Source: Pristiophorus japonicus
Taxonomy: Eukaryota
Length of the DNA stretch: 64,000 bases
NCBI RefSeq assembly: GCF_044704955.1
Contig: NC_091999.1
Location: 23,312,001-23,376,000 of the forward strand
Direction of reading: 5' to 3'
Shown: positions 50,448 to 62,179 of the stretch, piece after piece
Layout of the letters: every line of letters starts with the position of its first letter
Numbering within the stretch: position 1 is the first letter of the stretch
Position numbers and translations under genes: made by a program
Notes under the pieces: model-generated
Told to the model about the DNA's origin: nothing
The model's input: only the letters and a program-made list of their open reading frames with translations
Database searches by the model: none

Positions 50448-50961
50448 AAGATAGACACAGAGAGCCTTAGACAAATAGACGGATAGACAGGCAGGGTCAC
50501 TGTCGCTACTTTGGCTGGCCTTTGCGTTTTTCCGTCGAGAATGCTGCCACTGAACCAGAGCCGATACAAAAGTTCACAACGTATTATTTTCTCCAAGTCT
50601 TTTGAACAAGTTTCAGGACATACCAAATTCATGGTGATGATTTCCACAGACAGTTGCACATACACAGAGACATATATACAGATAGACAGACACAGACACA
50701 AACACACACATAACCAAAAATATACATGCACCAACTGACATGCACAGATGCCTTAGACATATCGAAGGATAGACAGGCTGAGTCACTACATTGGGTGATA
50801 TTTGCATTTTTCTATCCGTATGTATCGTGAATATTGCAGACTAATAGAAATGTGAAAAAAATGTCAGCGTTGAAAGGTGTGGGACGTTATTCCATCTATC
50901 TCCGGATCATTTTTGCCAAAACCTGGTTAAATTGTAAAATGGAATGAAAAATGCTGAGAAT

Positions 50962-51043
50962 CGTAGTCGGCAGGATTCTAACCTACGCGCAGAAAACCCA
51001 AAGTATTTCTAGTCCATCGCTTTAACCACTCGGCCACAATTAC
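50962..51043 (-). pseudogene. tRNA-Ser(AGA) pseudogene
   Basis: AGA loop with multiple stem mismatches. Confidence 0.82.
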
Positions 51044-51259
51044 TGCGTCTCTGGCACTTTAAATGTTATTCAGAAAAAACTCAGTCGTCCATCTCTGTGC
51101 AGCAGACGGCCACAGAATCCTGAAAAAGTCTCCGTTTGCAAAAAATCTGAAGAGGCAATCTCCTCTTGCTGTATTTTTACTGTTCTATATTGCTCTGGAT
51201 CTTTTTAATAAAATCTATAACAAGAAACAGAAGTAAAATTCGACATTTTGAAAAACTGC

Positions 51260-51331
51260 TGCGCCATCGGGAAATGGAACCCGGTTCTCCCGCATAACAA
51301 GTGGGGAAAATCACTACTATACGGACGAGGA
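51260..51331 (-). pseudogene. tRNA-Asp pseudogene
   Basis: Decayed homolog at the expected unit position. Confidence 0.68.
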
Positions 51332-52469
51332 TATGGGTTGCGTTAGAGCAGTAATCGAGCTGTCAACAGAAGTCGACAGACACATTGATCGACAGAGACA
51401 AACCGGCAAACAGAGATCGACAGACAGCAAGAGAGAGAGACAACGCGAGACAGAAAGGGTGAGACTGAAAAGTGAGGCAGACTCAGTGAGAAAAAGACTC
51501 AAACACCTACATATACAGAGATGTGTGTGTGATCTATAAAGAGAGAGAGGGAAAGAGTGAGAGAAAGACAGTGACAAGGAGAGAGACAGAAAGAGAGAGT
51601 GCGACAGATAGAGAGAGAGACAGATATAAACAGAAAATGATGGAAATACTCAGCAGGTTAGAGGTAGCAACGACCAGCGACAGGCAAAGAGAGACAGATA
51701 GGCAGAAACATAGACAGACAGAGATGATGGGTAAGAGTGAGACAGTCAGACAGAGAGACTGAGTGAATCCCTTTCGAACAGAACTGGACACCGTGAGAAA
51801 GAGACAGACAGATTCAGAACCAGAGACAAACAGGGAAACAGGGAGAGACAGACAGCGAGATAGAGACAAAGAGAGACAGAAAGTTTGAGACTGAAAGGGA
51901 GGATCAGACTGAATGAGAAAAAGACTCAAACACATACATACACAGAGATGTATTTGCGTGCTCCAAAAAGAGAGGGGGGGCAAATAGTGATGGAATGACA
52001 GAGAAAATGACAGGGACAATGAGAGTGAAAAAGAGGGCGACAGATAGAGAGAAAGACAGATAGAGAGAGAGAGACATAGAGACAAACACAGAAAATAATG
52101 GAAATACTTATCAGGTTAGAGACAGGGACTAACAGAGACAGGCAAAGACATGGACAGACAGAGATAATGGGACACAGAGAGACAGTCAGACAGAGAGTCT
52201 GAGAGAATCCCATTGCAACAGTACGAGACACCGTGAGAAAGAGACAGATTGAGAGACAGCGACAGACAGAGTGGGTCAGAGAGAGACAAAGACTCAAACA
52301 CACAAACACATGCACAGCTCTCGAAAGAGAGAGAGCGGCAGAGACATTTCACAATTTCATTTCATTATCTGCTCAGAGTGTCACATAGTTACAGAAAACT
52401 AGAGATTCAGCAGATGAAAATTGGGTATCACTGAGCAGGATGGGAAAAATATCTGTTTAATTAAGGAAT

Positions 52470-52552
52470 TTCCAGGAGTGGGGTTCGAACCCACGCGGGT
52501 ATAAACCCACTAGATCTTAAGTCTAACGCCTTTACCACGCGGCCATCCTGGT
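52470..52552 (-). tRNA. tRNA-Leu: tRNA-Leu(TAA), best-preserved Leu copy (function doubtful)
   Basis: ACCAGGATGGCCGCGTGGTAAAGGCG TTAGA CTTAAGA TCTAG TGGGTTTATACCCGC GTGGGTTCGAACCCCAC TCCTGGAA; terminal acceptor pair and A14 altered. Confidence 0.8.
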
Positions 52553-53069
52553 CCTAATCCTGTCACAGGTTGGACTCAGCCTCTGTGAGAATCTGGGATT
52601 CAGCTCCAGACATATCGGATTTCAGGGAGCATTTACAAACATTTTTCGTTACATTGACACGGGCGCAACTCTCCTATTATTTTTCGACTAAGGCTCTGGG
52701 AACTTGCACATCTACCCGAGGGTGCAGATGGAGCTTCAATTTAAAATTTCAGCCGATGGTCAACAGCTTCAACAATGCAACATTCCCCAAGTACTGCATT
52801 TGAGTGTCAGCCAAGATTATGGGTTCAAGTCTCAGGAGTGGGACTTACACACACAACCTCCTGATTCAGTCGAGAGTGGAACCAGTGAACCAAAACCGAT
52901 ACCAACGTTCACAACTGTATTATTTTCCCCAAGTTTTTTAAAAAGTTCCAGGACGTACCAAATTCATGGTGATGATTTCCACAGACAGTTGGACATACAC
53001 AGAGACATACATACAGATAGACATACACAGACACACGCACACACAATAACCAAAAATATACACGCTTCA

Positions 53070-53788
53070 ACATAGAAACATAGAAATTAGGTGCAGGAAT
53101 ATGCCATTCGGCCCTTCGAGCCTGCACTACCATTCAATAACATCATGGCTGATCATTCAACCTCAGTACCCCTTTCCTGCTTCCTCTCTATACCCCTTCA
53201 TCCCTTTAGCCGTAAGGGCAATACCTAACTCCCTTTTGAATATATCTAATGAACTGGCCTCAACGACTTTCTGCAGTGGAAAATTTCAGAGGTTATCCAC
53301 TCTCTCACTGAAGTCGTTTCTCTTCATCTCGGTTTCTAAATGGCTTACCCCTTACTCTTAGACTGTGATCCTTGGTCTCGAACTCCCCAGCAGCGAGAAC
53401 ATTCTTCCAGCCTCTAAGCTGTCCAATCTCGTCATAATTTTTCATGTTTCTTCTGATCTCCTCTCATTCTGCTAAACTCCAGTGGATACCAGCCCAGTTC
53501 ATCCAGTCTCTCCTCATATGTCAGTCCTGCCATCCCGGGAATCATGCTGGTGAACTTAAGCTGTACTCCCTCAATAACAAGGACGTCCTTCCTCAGATTC
53601 GGAGACCAAAACTGAACACAGTATTCCAGTTGTGGCCTCACGGAAGCCCTGTACAAATGCAGTAAGATCTCCCTGCTCCTATACTCAAATCCCCTAGCTA
53701 TGAAGGGGAACATGCCATTTGCCTTCTTCACCATCTGCTGCACCTGCATACCAACAATCAATGACTGATGTACCATGGCACCCAGATC
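53070..53788 (-). mobile_element. CR1 3' fragment, passenger copy 2
   Basis: Same insertion site and 5' break as the 49741 copy. Confidence 0.9.
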
Positions 53789-54308
53789 AAGATATACAAA
53801 TATTGCCTTAGACAAGTAGATGGATAGACAGGCAGGGTCACTGTCGCAACTTTGGCTGTCTTTTGCGTTTTTCAGTCGAGGATACTGCCACTGAACCAAA
53901 GCCAATACCAAAGTTCACAACCGTATTATTTTCCCCAAGTCTTTTTAAAAATGTTCCAGCACATACCAAATTCATGGTGATGATTTCCACAGACAGTTGC
54001 ACATACACAGAGACATATATACAGATAGAAAGACTCAGAGACACACACACCCACACATATAACCAAAAATATACATGCACCAACAGACATGATTTTGACA
54101 TATAGACGGATAGACAGACTAAATCACTGTCGCTACTTTGGCTATTTTTTGCGTTTTTCTATCCGTATGAATCATGAATATTGCAGATGAATAAAAATGA
54201 GAAATAGATGTCAGTGTTGAAATGTGTGGGACGTTATTCTGCCGATCTCAGGATCCGTTTTGCAAAAACCTGGTTAAATTGTAAAATGGAATGAAAAATG
54301 CTGTGAAT

Positions 54309-54390
54309 TGTCGTCGGCAGGATTCGAAACTTCACGCAGAAAAACGAAAGGATTTCTGGACCATCGCTTTAACCACTCGGCAACAACTAC
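54309..54390 (-). pseudogene. tRNA-Ser pseudogene
   Basis: Decayed homolog. Confidence 0.78.
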
Positions 54391-54606
54391 TGCTTCTCTG
54401 GCCCTTTAAATGTTACTCAGAAAAAACTCAGTCATCCATCTCTGCAACAGACGGCCACAGAATCCTGAAAAAGTCTCCGTTTGCAAAAGATCTGTAAGAG
54501 GCAATCTCCTCTTGCTGTATTTTTACTGTTCTATATTGCTGTGGAACCTTTTAATAAAATCTATACCAAGAAACAGAAGTAAAATTCGACATTTAGAAAA
54601 AGCTGC

Positions 54607-54678
54607 TTTTCCGTCGGGGAATTGAACCTGGTTCTCCCGCGGAAAAGGGGGGCATAATCGGCACGACACGGACGAGGG
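54607..54678 (-). pseudogene. tRNA-Asp pseudogene
   Basis: T arm recognisable; anticodon destroyed. Confidence 0.68.
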
Positions 54679-55876
54679 AACGGGTTGCATCCGAGCAGTA
54701 ATCTCGCTGTGAACCGAAGTCGACAGAAACATTGATCGACAGAGACAAACCGATAAACAGGGATTGGCAGACAGCGAGACAGAGACAACGAGAGACAGAA
54801 AGCGTGAGACTGAAAAGTCAGTCAGAGTCAGCGAGAAAAAGACTCAAACACCTAAATATACAGAGATGCGTGTGTGTGATCTATAAAAAGAGAGAGGGAA
54901 AGAGTGAGAGAAAGACAGTGATAAAGACAGTGACAAGGTGAGAGACAGATAGAGAGAGAGCGACAGATAGAGAGAGAGACAAAGATATAAACAGAAAATG
55001 ATGGAAATACTCAGCAGGTTAGAGACAGGAACTACCAGCGACAGGCAAAGAGAGACAGACAGGCAGAAACATAGAGAGACAGAGATGATGGGAAAGAGTG
55101 AGACAGTCAGACAGAGAGATTGAGAGAATCCCATTGGAACAGAACTGGACACGGTGAGAAAGAGACAGACACATTGAGAACCAGAGACAAACAGGGAAAC
55201 AGGGAGAGACAGACAGTGAGATAGAGACAAAGAGAGACATAAACATTGAGTCTGAAAGGGAGGACCAGACTGAATGAAAAAAGACTCAAACACATACATA
55301 CACAGAGATGCATTTGCGTGCTCCTTAAAGAGAGGGAGGCAAATAACGATGGAATGACAGAGAAAAGGACAGGGACAAAGAGAGAGACAAAGAGGGAGAC
55401 AAATAGAGAGAAAGACAGATAGAGAGAGAGATAATCAGAGACAAAAACAGAAAATAATGGAAATACTTATCAGGTTAGAGTCAGGGGCTAACAGAGACAG
55501 GCAAAGACATGGACAGACAGAGATAATGGGACAGAGAGAGACAGTCAGACAGAGAGTCTGAGAGAATCCCTTTGCAACAGAACGAGACACCGTGAGAAAG
55601 AGACAGATCGAGAGACAGAAACAAACAGAGAAACAGGGACAGACAGAGTGTGTCAGAGAGAGGCAGACTGAGAGAGACAAAGACTCAAACACACAAACAC
55701 AAACACAGCTCTCCAAAGAGAGAGAGCGGCAGAGACCGAGCGACACAGATACATTTCACAATTTCATTTCATTATAGACTCAGAGTGTCATATCGTTGCA
55801 GAAAGTTGGAGATTCAGCATTTGAGAATCGTGTATCACTGAGCAGGATGGGAAAAATCTACTTTTAATTAAGGAAT

Positions 55877-55959
55877 TACCAGGACTGGGGTTCAAACCCA
55901 CGCGGGTATAAACCCATTAGATCTTAAGTCCAACGCATTTACCACTCGGCCATCCTGGT
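55877..55959 (-). pseudogene. tRNA-Leu(TAA), lightly degenerate
   Basis: Anticodon arm TTGGA CTTAAGA TCTAA; B box GTTTGAA. Confidence 0.83.
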
Positions 55960-56480
55960 CCTGATCCTGTCAGAACTTGGACTCTGCCTGTGAGAATCTG
56001 AGCTTCAGCTCCACGCCCACAGCGACACACAGACACAAAGGATTTCAGGGAGCATTTACGAACATTTTTCGCTATATTGACACGGGCGCAACTCTCCTAT
56101 TCTTTTTCGACTAAGGCTCTGGGAACTTTCACATCCACCCGAGGGTGCAGATGGAGCTTCAATTTAAAATTTCAGCCGATGGTCAACAGCTTCAACAATG
56201 CAACATTCCCCAAGTACTGCATTTGAGTGTCAGCCAAGATGATGTGTTCAAGTCTCAGAAGTGGGACTTACACACACAACCTCCTGATTCAGTCGAGAAT
56301 GGTGCCACTGAACCAAAACCGATATCAGAGATCACAACCATATTATTTTCCGCAAGTTTTTTAAAAAGTTCCAGGACGTACCAAATTCATCGTGATGATT
56401 TCCACAAAGAGTTGCACGTACACAGAGACATACATACAGATAGGCATGTACACACAATAACCAAAGATGTACACGCATCA

Positions 56481-57183
56481 ACATAGAAATATAGAAATTA
56501 GGTGCAGGTATATGCCATTTGGCCCTTCGAGCCTGCACCATCATTCAATAAGATCATGGCTCATCGTTCAACCTCAGCACCCCATTCCTGCTTTCTCTCC
56601 ATACCCCTTGATCCCTTTAGCCATAAGGGCCCTTTTGAAAATATCTAACGAACTGGCCTCAACGTCATTCTGCGGTAGAAAATTTCACAGGTTAACCACT
56701 CTCTGAATGAAGAAGTTTCTCCTCATCTCGGTCCTAAATTGCTTACACCTTATTCTTAGACTGTGATCCTTGGTCTCGAACACCCCAGCAACGAGAACAT
56801 TCTTCCAGCCTCGAAGCTGTCCAATCTCTTCAGAATTTTATATGTTTCTGTGAGATCCCCTCTCATTCTTCTAAACTCCAGTGGATACCAGCCCAGTTGA
56901 TCCAGTCTCTCGTCATATGTCAGTCCTGCCATTCCGGGAATCATGCTGGTGAACCTTCGCTGTGTTCCCTCAATAGCAAGAACGTCCTTCCTCAGATTTG
57001 GAGACCAAAACTGAACACAATATTTAAGGTGTGGCCTCACCATTTGTACAATTGTAGTAAAACCTCCCTGCTCCTATACTCAAATCCCCTCGCTAATAAG
57101 GCGAACATGCCATTTGCCTTCTTTACCGCCTTCTGCACCTGCATACCAACAATCAATGACTGATGTACCATGACACCCAGATC
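56481..57183 (-). mobile_element. CR1 3' fragment, passenger copy 3
   Basis: Same junctions as copies 1 and 2. Confidence 0.9.
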
Positions 57184-57716
57184 AAGATATACATAGGTTG
57201 CCTTAGACAAATAGATGGATAGGCAGGCAGGGTCACTGTCGCTACTTTGGCTGGCTTTTGCGTTTTTCAGTCGAGGATGCTGCCACTGAACCAAAGCCGA
57301 TACCAAAGTTCACAACCGTATTATTTTCCCCAAGTCTTTTTTTAAAGTTCCAGAACATACCAAATTCATGGTGATGATTTTCACAGACAGTTGCACATAC
57401 ACAGGGACATAGATACAGATAGACAGACACAGCGACACACACACATTAATAACCAAAAATATACATGCACCAACGGACATGCACAGATGCCTTATACATA
57501 TAGAGGGATAGACAGGCTGAATCACTTTCGCTACTTAGGCTGATTTTTGCGTTTTTCTATCTGTATGCATCGTGAATATTGCAGATATTGAGATATTGCA
57601 AAAAATGAGAAATAGATTTCAGTGTTGAAAGGTGTGGGACGTTCTTCCGCCGATCTCAGGATCAGTTTTGCAAAAACCTGGTTAAATTGTAAAATGGAAT
57701 GAAAAATGCTGAGAAT

Positions 57717-57798
57717 CAGAGCCGGCAGGATTCGTTCCTGCGCGGGGTAAACCCAAAGGATTTCTAGAACATCGCGTTAACCACTCGGCAACAGGTAC
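57717..57798 (-). pseudogene. tRNA-Ser(AGA) pseudogene
   Basis: Decayed homolog. Confidence 0.78.
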
Positions 57799-58016
57799 TG
57801 CGTCTCTGGCACTTTAAATGTTGCTCAGAAAAAACTCAGTCATCCATCTCTGTGCAGCAGACGGCCACAGAATCCTGAAAAAGTCTCCGTTTGCAAAAAA
57901 TCTGGAAGAGTCAATCTCCTCTTGCTGTATCTTTACTGTTCTATATTGCTCTGAAACTTTTTAATATGAATCTATACCAAGAAACAGAAGTAAAATTCGA
58001 CATTTTGGAAAAGCTG

Positions 58017-58088
58017 CTTGTTTATTGGGGAATTGAACTCGGTTCTCCCACGTAACAGGCAGGGATAGTCACCACTATGCGAATGAGA
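58017..58088 (-). pseudogene. tRNA-Asp pseudogene
   Basis: Decayed homolog. Confidence 0.68.
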
Positions 58089-58798
58089 ATACGGGCTGTG
58101 GTGAAGCAGTTATCGAGCTGTGAAAATAAGTCGACAGACACATTGAGAGACAGAGACAAACCGACAAACATGGAGAGACAGACAGCGAGATAGAGACAAC
58201 GAGAGACAGAAAGTGTGAGACTGAGAAGGAGAGGCAGACTGAGTGAGATAAAGACTCAAACATATACATATACAGAGATGTGTGTGTGTGATCTATTAAG
58301 AGAGAGAGGGAAAGAGTGAGAGAAAGACAGTGATAAACACAGTGACAAGGAGAGAGACAGATAGAGAGAGAGCGATAGAGACTAAAACAGAAAATGAAGG
58401 AAATACTTCTCAGCTTACAGGCAGGGACTAAAAGAGACAGGCAAAGACATGGACAGACCGAAATGATGGGAAAGAGAGAGCCAGTCAGACAAGGAGTCTG
58501 AGAGAATCCCATTGGAACAGACGTGGCACCATGAGAAAGAGACAGATTGAGAGACAGTGACAAACAGGGAAACGGGGACAGACAGAGTGAGTCAGACTGA
58601 GAGAGACAAAGACACAAACATACAAAACTCTCTGAAGAGAGAGAGAGAGGCAGAGACCGAACGACACAGATACATTTCACAATTTCATTTCATTATCGGT
58701 TCAGAGTGTCACATTGTTACAGAAAATTGCTGATTCAACCGATGAAAAACCGGACTCATTGATCAGAATGGGAGCAAATCCGTGTTAAATTAAAGAGA

Positions 58799-58879
58799 TA
58801 CCATGAGTGGGGTACGAACCCACGCGGGGAAAACCATTGAATTTTAAGGCCAACGCCTCAACCACTCGGCTATCCTGGT
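58799..58879 (-). pseudogene. tRNA-Leu(TAA) pseudogene, young-array type
   Basis: Shares ggtacgaac and ctatcctggt variants with the 2818 copy. Confidence 0.83.
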
Positions 58880-59455
58880 CCTGTGAGAACCTGGATTCTG
58901 TCTCTGTGAGAATCTGGGCTTCAACCCCAACCCCACATACAAACACATACACATCGGCTTTCAGTGAGCATTTACGAACATTTTTAGTAATATTGACACG
59001 GGGGCAATATCCAGATATTTTTGTTTTTGTATCCCCTCAAAACAATACTATTTAGATGATACTGCCTCTCCATGTTCCACCCAAAGTATACCGCTTCTCA
59101 ATTATCCGCATTAAATTGCACTGCCATGTCCCGGCCCATTTCACTCGTCTCTCTGATTCCTCTTCAAGTCTGTTACTATCATGCTCACTATTGGCTACGT
59201 TGCCAGGTTTTGCTTCATCTTCGAACTTCGAGATGGAATCCCTATAACCAAGTCCAGGTCATTGTTATATAACAAGAACAACAATGAGAATTGAAATGGA
59301 CCGTTTTAAGGAGAAACTTCCAATTAACCGGATTTTGGAATGGTATTTAATTCGGATTATTTATTGAGTGGGAGGAAGGAGGAAACTCAAGAGACGTCCA
59401 TTCAATAGGATGGAATAGAGCCCAGATCATAGTGCGCTGAGTAGGGAGAAACTGC

Positions 59456-59643
59456 TTCCGCTGTTTGGCGATGGACTACTCCCCCAAAATCACCAGCTTT
59501 TCCTGGAAGAAAGATAAAATCACCAGCCTTTCCTGGAAGAAAGATAAAGAGCCGGTTAACCATCAGCGAGTCAGAGGTGTGCAGCAGCACCATCTACTGC
59601 GAGGTTTGACGTGGTGTGTCGGTCTGGGCCATCACAATGCCAG
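59456..59643 (+). pseudogene. IGHM: Broken IgM heavy-chain Cmu1 exon
   Basis: [21 protein letters not shown] / LTISESEVCSSTIYCEV*RGVSVW matches shark IgM CH1; 30-bp duplication, internal deletion, TGA at 59607, donor G|GTTAGT at 59644. Confidence 0.88.
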
Positions 59644-59722
59644 GTTAGTGATGTGGGATACAGGGCAAACTGTGATAAGATGAGAAGGTATGTTCAACTT
59701 GTACAGAAATTTGGTTAGACGA

Positions 59723-60095
59723 CACTTAGAGTGCTGTGTACAGTTCTGGTCTCCATATTACACTTAGAATGCTGTGTACAGTTCTGTTCTCCAGATCACA
59801 CTGAGAGTACTGTGTATAGTTCTGGTCTCCCGATCGCACTTAAAATACTGTGCACCGTTCTGGTCTCCCATATCACAATTAAAATACTGTGTATAATTCT
59901 GGTCTCTCTATCATACTTAGAATATTATGCACAGTTCTGGTTTCCATATCACATTTAGAATACTGTCCACAGTTCAGGTCTCCATATCATACCAAGAATA
60001 TTGTTTACAGTTCTGGTCTCCTAATCACTCTTGGAATACTGTGTAACGTTCTGGTCTGCAGATTACACTGAGAAGACTGTGCACAGTTCTGCTCT
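59723..60095 (+). repeat. ~38-bp minisatellite derived from CR1 ORF2 (HLEYCVQFWSP), about 10 copies
   Basis: Unit cacttagagtgctgtgtacagttctggtctccatatta. Confidence 0.88.
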
Positions 60096-60214
60096 CTGTA
60101 AATGCCAGGTTAGTGTTAGTCTGACAGCGAGGAACCTGTTAAAATATAAGGACACTTTGCATTTCTTAATGATTGATTTTGCAAGCAATGTCAATAATTT
60201 GTCTTCTCTTGAAG

Positions 60215-60532
60215 ATCCTGAACGCGACATCATTCCTCCAACTGTTCTCCTCACGCTGAGTTCTACTGAACAAATCACCAGCAGCAGATATGCAAGCACC
60301 GTGTGTTCAATCATCGATTTCCGGCCAAAGTCACTGACCGTGAATTGGCTGGAGAGTGGACAACTCCTGGATTCGGGCTCCGTCACCTCTCCCGTCTTTG
60401 AGGTGAACGGGAACTTCTCGGCGGCCAGTCGGCTGACAGTCCCCACCGAGGAATGGTTCACCGGCTCGGTCTACACCTGCCAGGTCACTCATGAAGTGGT
60501 CACGCAAAGCCGTAACTTCACCAGATCTCAGG
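60215..60532 (+). CDS. IGHM: IgM heavy-chain Cmu2 exon (C1-set), open but probably part of a pseudogene
   Basis: PPTVLLT...[16 protein letters not shown]...[19 protein letters not shown]...QSRN; phase-1 acceptor ttgaAG at 60214 and donor G|GTAAGA at 60533; closely resembles shark IgM CH2. Confidence 0.92.
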
Positions 60533-60665
60533 GTAAGAAGCACAATCCCGAGAGGTTACAGACCATTCTGAGCGCTGATCTCAGTCAGGACTTTTATTGA
60601 AATTAGTAAAAAGCACCGAACTATTCCTAATTTCCAATCATGCAGTTTGTATATTCTTGTGATTA

Positions 60666-61093
60666 CAAACTTGCCTTGAAACAGCGCCTTCAGCGACCTT
60701 AGTCTGAACCAAATCGCTTGCCAGCCAATGAATTAAGTTGTGAAATGTGGTCACAGTTGTAATGTACAACGTGCAGCAATCATTTACTGCACAGCAATCT
60801 CCCACAAACAGCAGTGTGATAATGACCAGATTATATTTTGCTTAGTGGTGTTTTTTGAGCTATAAATATTCGCAGGCCACTAAGGAAAAGTCCTCGGCTT
60901 TTATTTGAAATAGTTCCAGGGAATCATTTACATCCACCGAAGAGGCCAGACGGATCCGCGGTTTAACACGTGATCCGAAAGACGGCACCTCCGATAGTGC
61001 ACCATGCCCCCAGTACTGCACTGGGAAATTCATCTTACATTTTGTGATCAAGTATCTGGAGTGGGACTTCAACCCACGATCTTCTGGTTCAGG
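60666..61093 (-). mobile_element. DeuSINE (SacSINE1-like), old copy
   Basis: Colinear with 25948-26378 (tccgaaagacggcacctccga...gtactgcact...ggagtgggacttcaacccac). Confidence 0.8.
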
Positions 61094-61166
61094 ATTCCTC
61101 ATTATTCAGTATTTAATAAACTCGCCAACGAAGCTTTCCCCCTGCTCTGATTTCAGGCAGTGAGTG

Positions 61167-61275
61167 ACGTGCCCGTATTCTCAGGTTTATCCTGAGTTGG
61201 CTGATCACATACGGAGCGGCAGTCAGAGTCTGGAACCCTTTACTGCTAACTTTCCAGGAACCCACTGTTGGAATG
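61167..61275 (+). mobile_element. Possible LF-SINE-like remnant
   Basis: ctgagttggctgatc...gcggcagt and tccag.aaccc.ctg.tggaa resemble the LF-SINE consensus as recalled. Confidence 0.45.
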
Positions 61276-61289
61276 GGCATCTACCCTAT

Positions 61290-61785
61290 TCCGAGCACTG
61301 AGCCCAATTCTGGGCTCCGCACTTCAGGAAGGATATACTGGTCATGGAGGCGGTAAAGTGCAGGTTTATCCGAATGATACCAGAGCTAATAAAATAAAGT
61401 GATGAGGAGACGAGTAGAGAATATTAAGAGGTGATACAATTGAGGTGTTCAAGTAGATAAATACAATTGATCAAGTAGATATAGAACAATTATTTCCTTT
61501 GATGGAAAAGTCCAGAACAAATAGCAGAATCTTAAAATTAGAGCGAGATCGTGCGGAAGTGATGTCAGGAAGGATTTCTTCACAGGAAGTCTGGATTTCC
61601 CTCTCCAAAAGCTGCTGAAGTTTGGTTTCAATTGAAAACTGAGATTGATAGATTTTTGTTAGGCAAGATTATCAAGTGTTACAGATGTAAGGCGTGAATA
61701 TGGTGTTGACTGTAGATCAGCCCTGATCTAACTGGATTGCGGGACAGGATGGATGGGCTGAATGGCCTCCTCCTGTTCCTATGTT
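61290..61785 (+). mobile_element. Old CR1 3' fragment
   Basis: QFW.P.FRKD-like and RGD.IEVFK remnants; 3' hairpin ggctgaatggcctcctcctg. Confidence 0.8.
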
Positions 61786-62179
61786 GCTATTAATGCCCTG
61801 AGATCATATTTAACTCTGACTCTCTCTCACCAGACATGATAAATGTTCAGTAATGACAGAAATTAACAAACTACATCACATCATTACAAATGATGCCCCA
61901 CCACAAAAGACCCTTTGGAACTCCATTCTCCCGACCTTGAACTTCTCCTCTGACGGGGGCTGTGACTGGTTCCTGCACATTTTCACCGCAATAAAGATCA
62001 CAGCAAGTGACCAGAAACATAACTTTGTTTCCTGCTGTCCCATAAATCCTGAAATTAATTTGACACTTGTTTTGAACCAGAGTAATGCTGGTGTAGACCT
62101 CTAGACCTTCGGGCTATTTGGGTTACACTATTATAACCAGCGGAGATGCGTTTGGATGCAAGGATCTACAGATGGGTGT

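Larger units (their letters stand above)
40538..59008 (-). repeat. Older, decayed tandem tDNA array (same Ser/Asp/Leu/SINE unit, longer spacer, CR1 insertions)
   Basis: Leu at 40724, 46872, 49139, 52470, 55877 and 58799; Ser at 47707, 50962, 54309 and 57717; Asp remnants in between. Confidence 0.93.

Noticed and set aside
30500-58350. CACAGTG heptamers as recombination signal sequences
   Set aside because: The occurrences I checked (~30505, ~32088, ~48937, ~58338) lack a nonamer at 12 or 23 spacing and have no adjacent V/D/J segment.
60031-60600. 189-aa ORF as a standalone gene
   Set aside because: Only 60215-60532 is an exon bounded by splice sites; the flanks are intron and repeat read-through.
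61800-62170. Possible Cmu3 exon after a pyrimidine-AG at ~61833
   Set aside because: There is an early stop in the expected frame and no C1-set Cys/Trp pattern.
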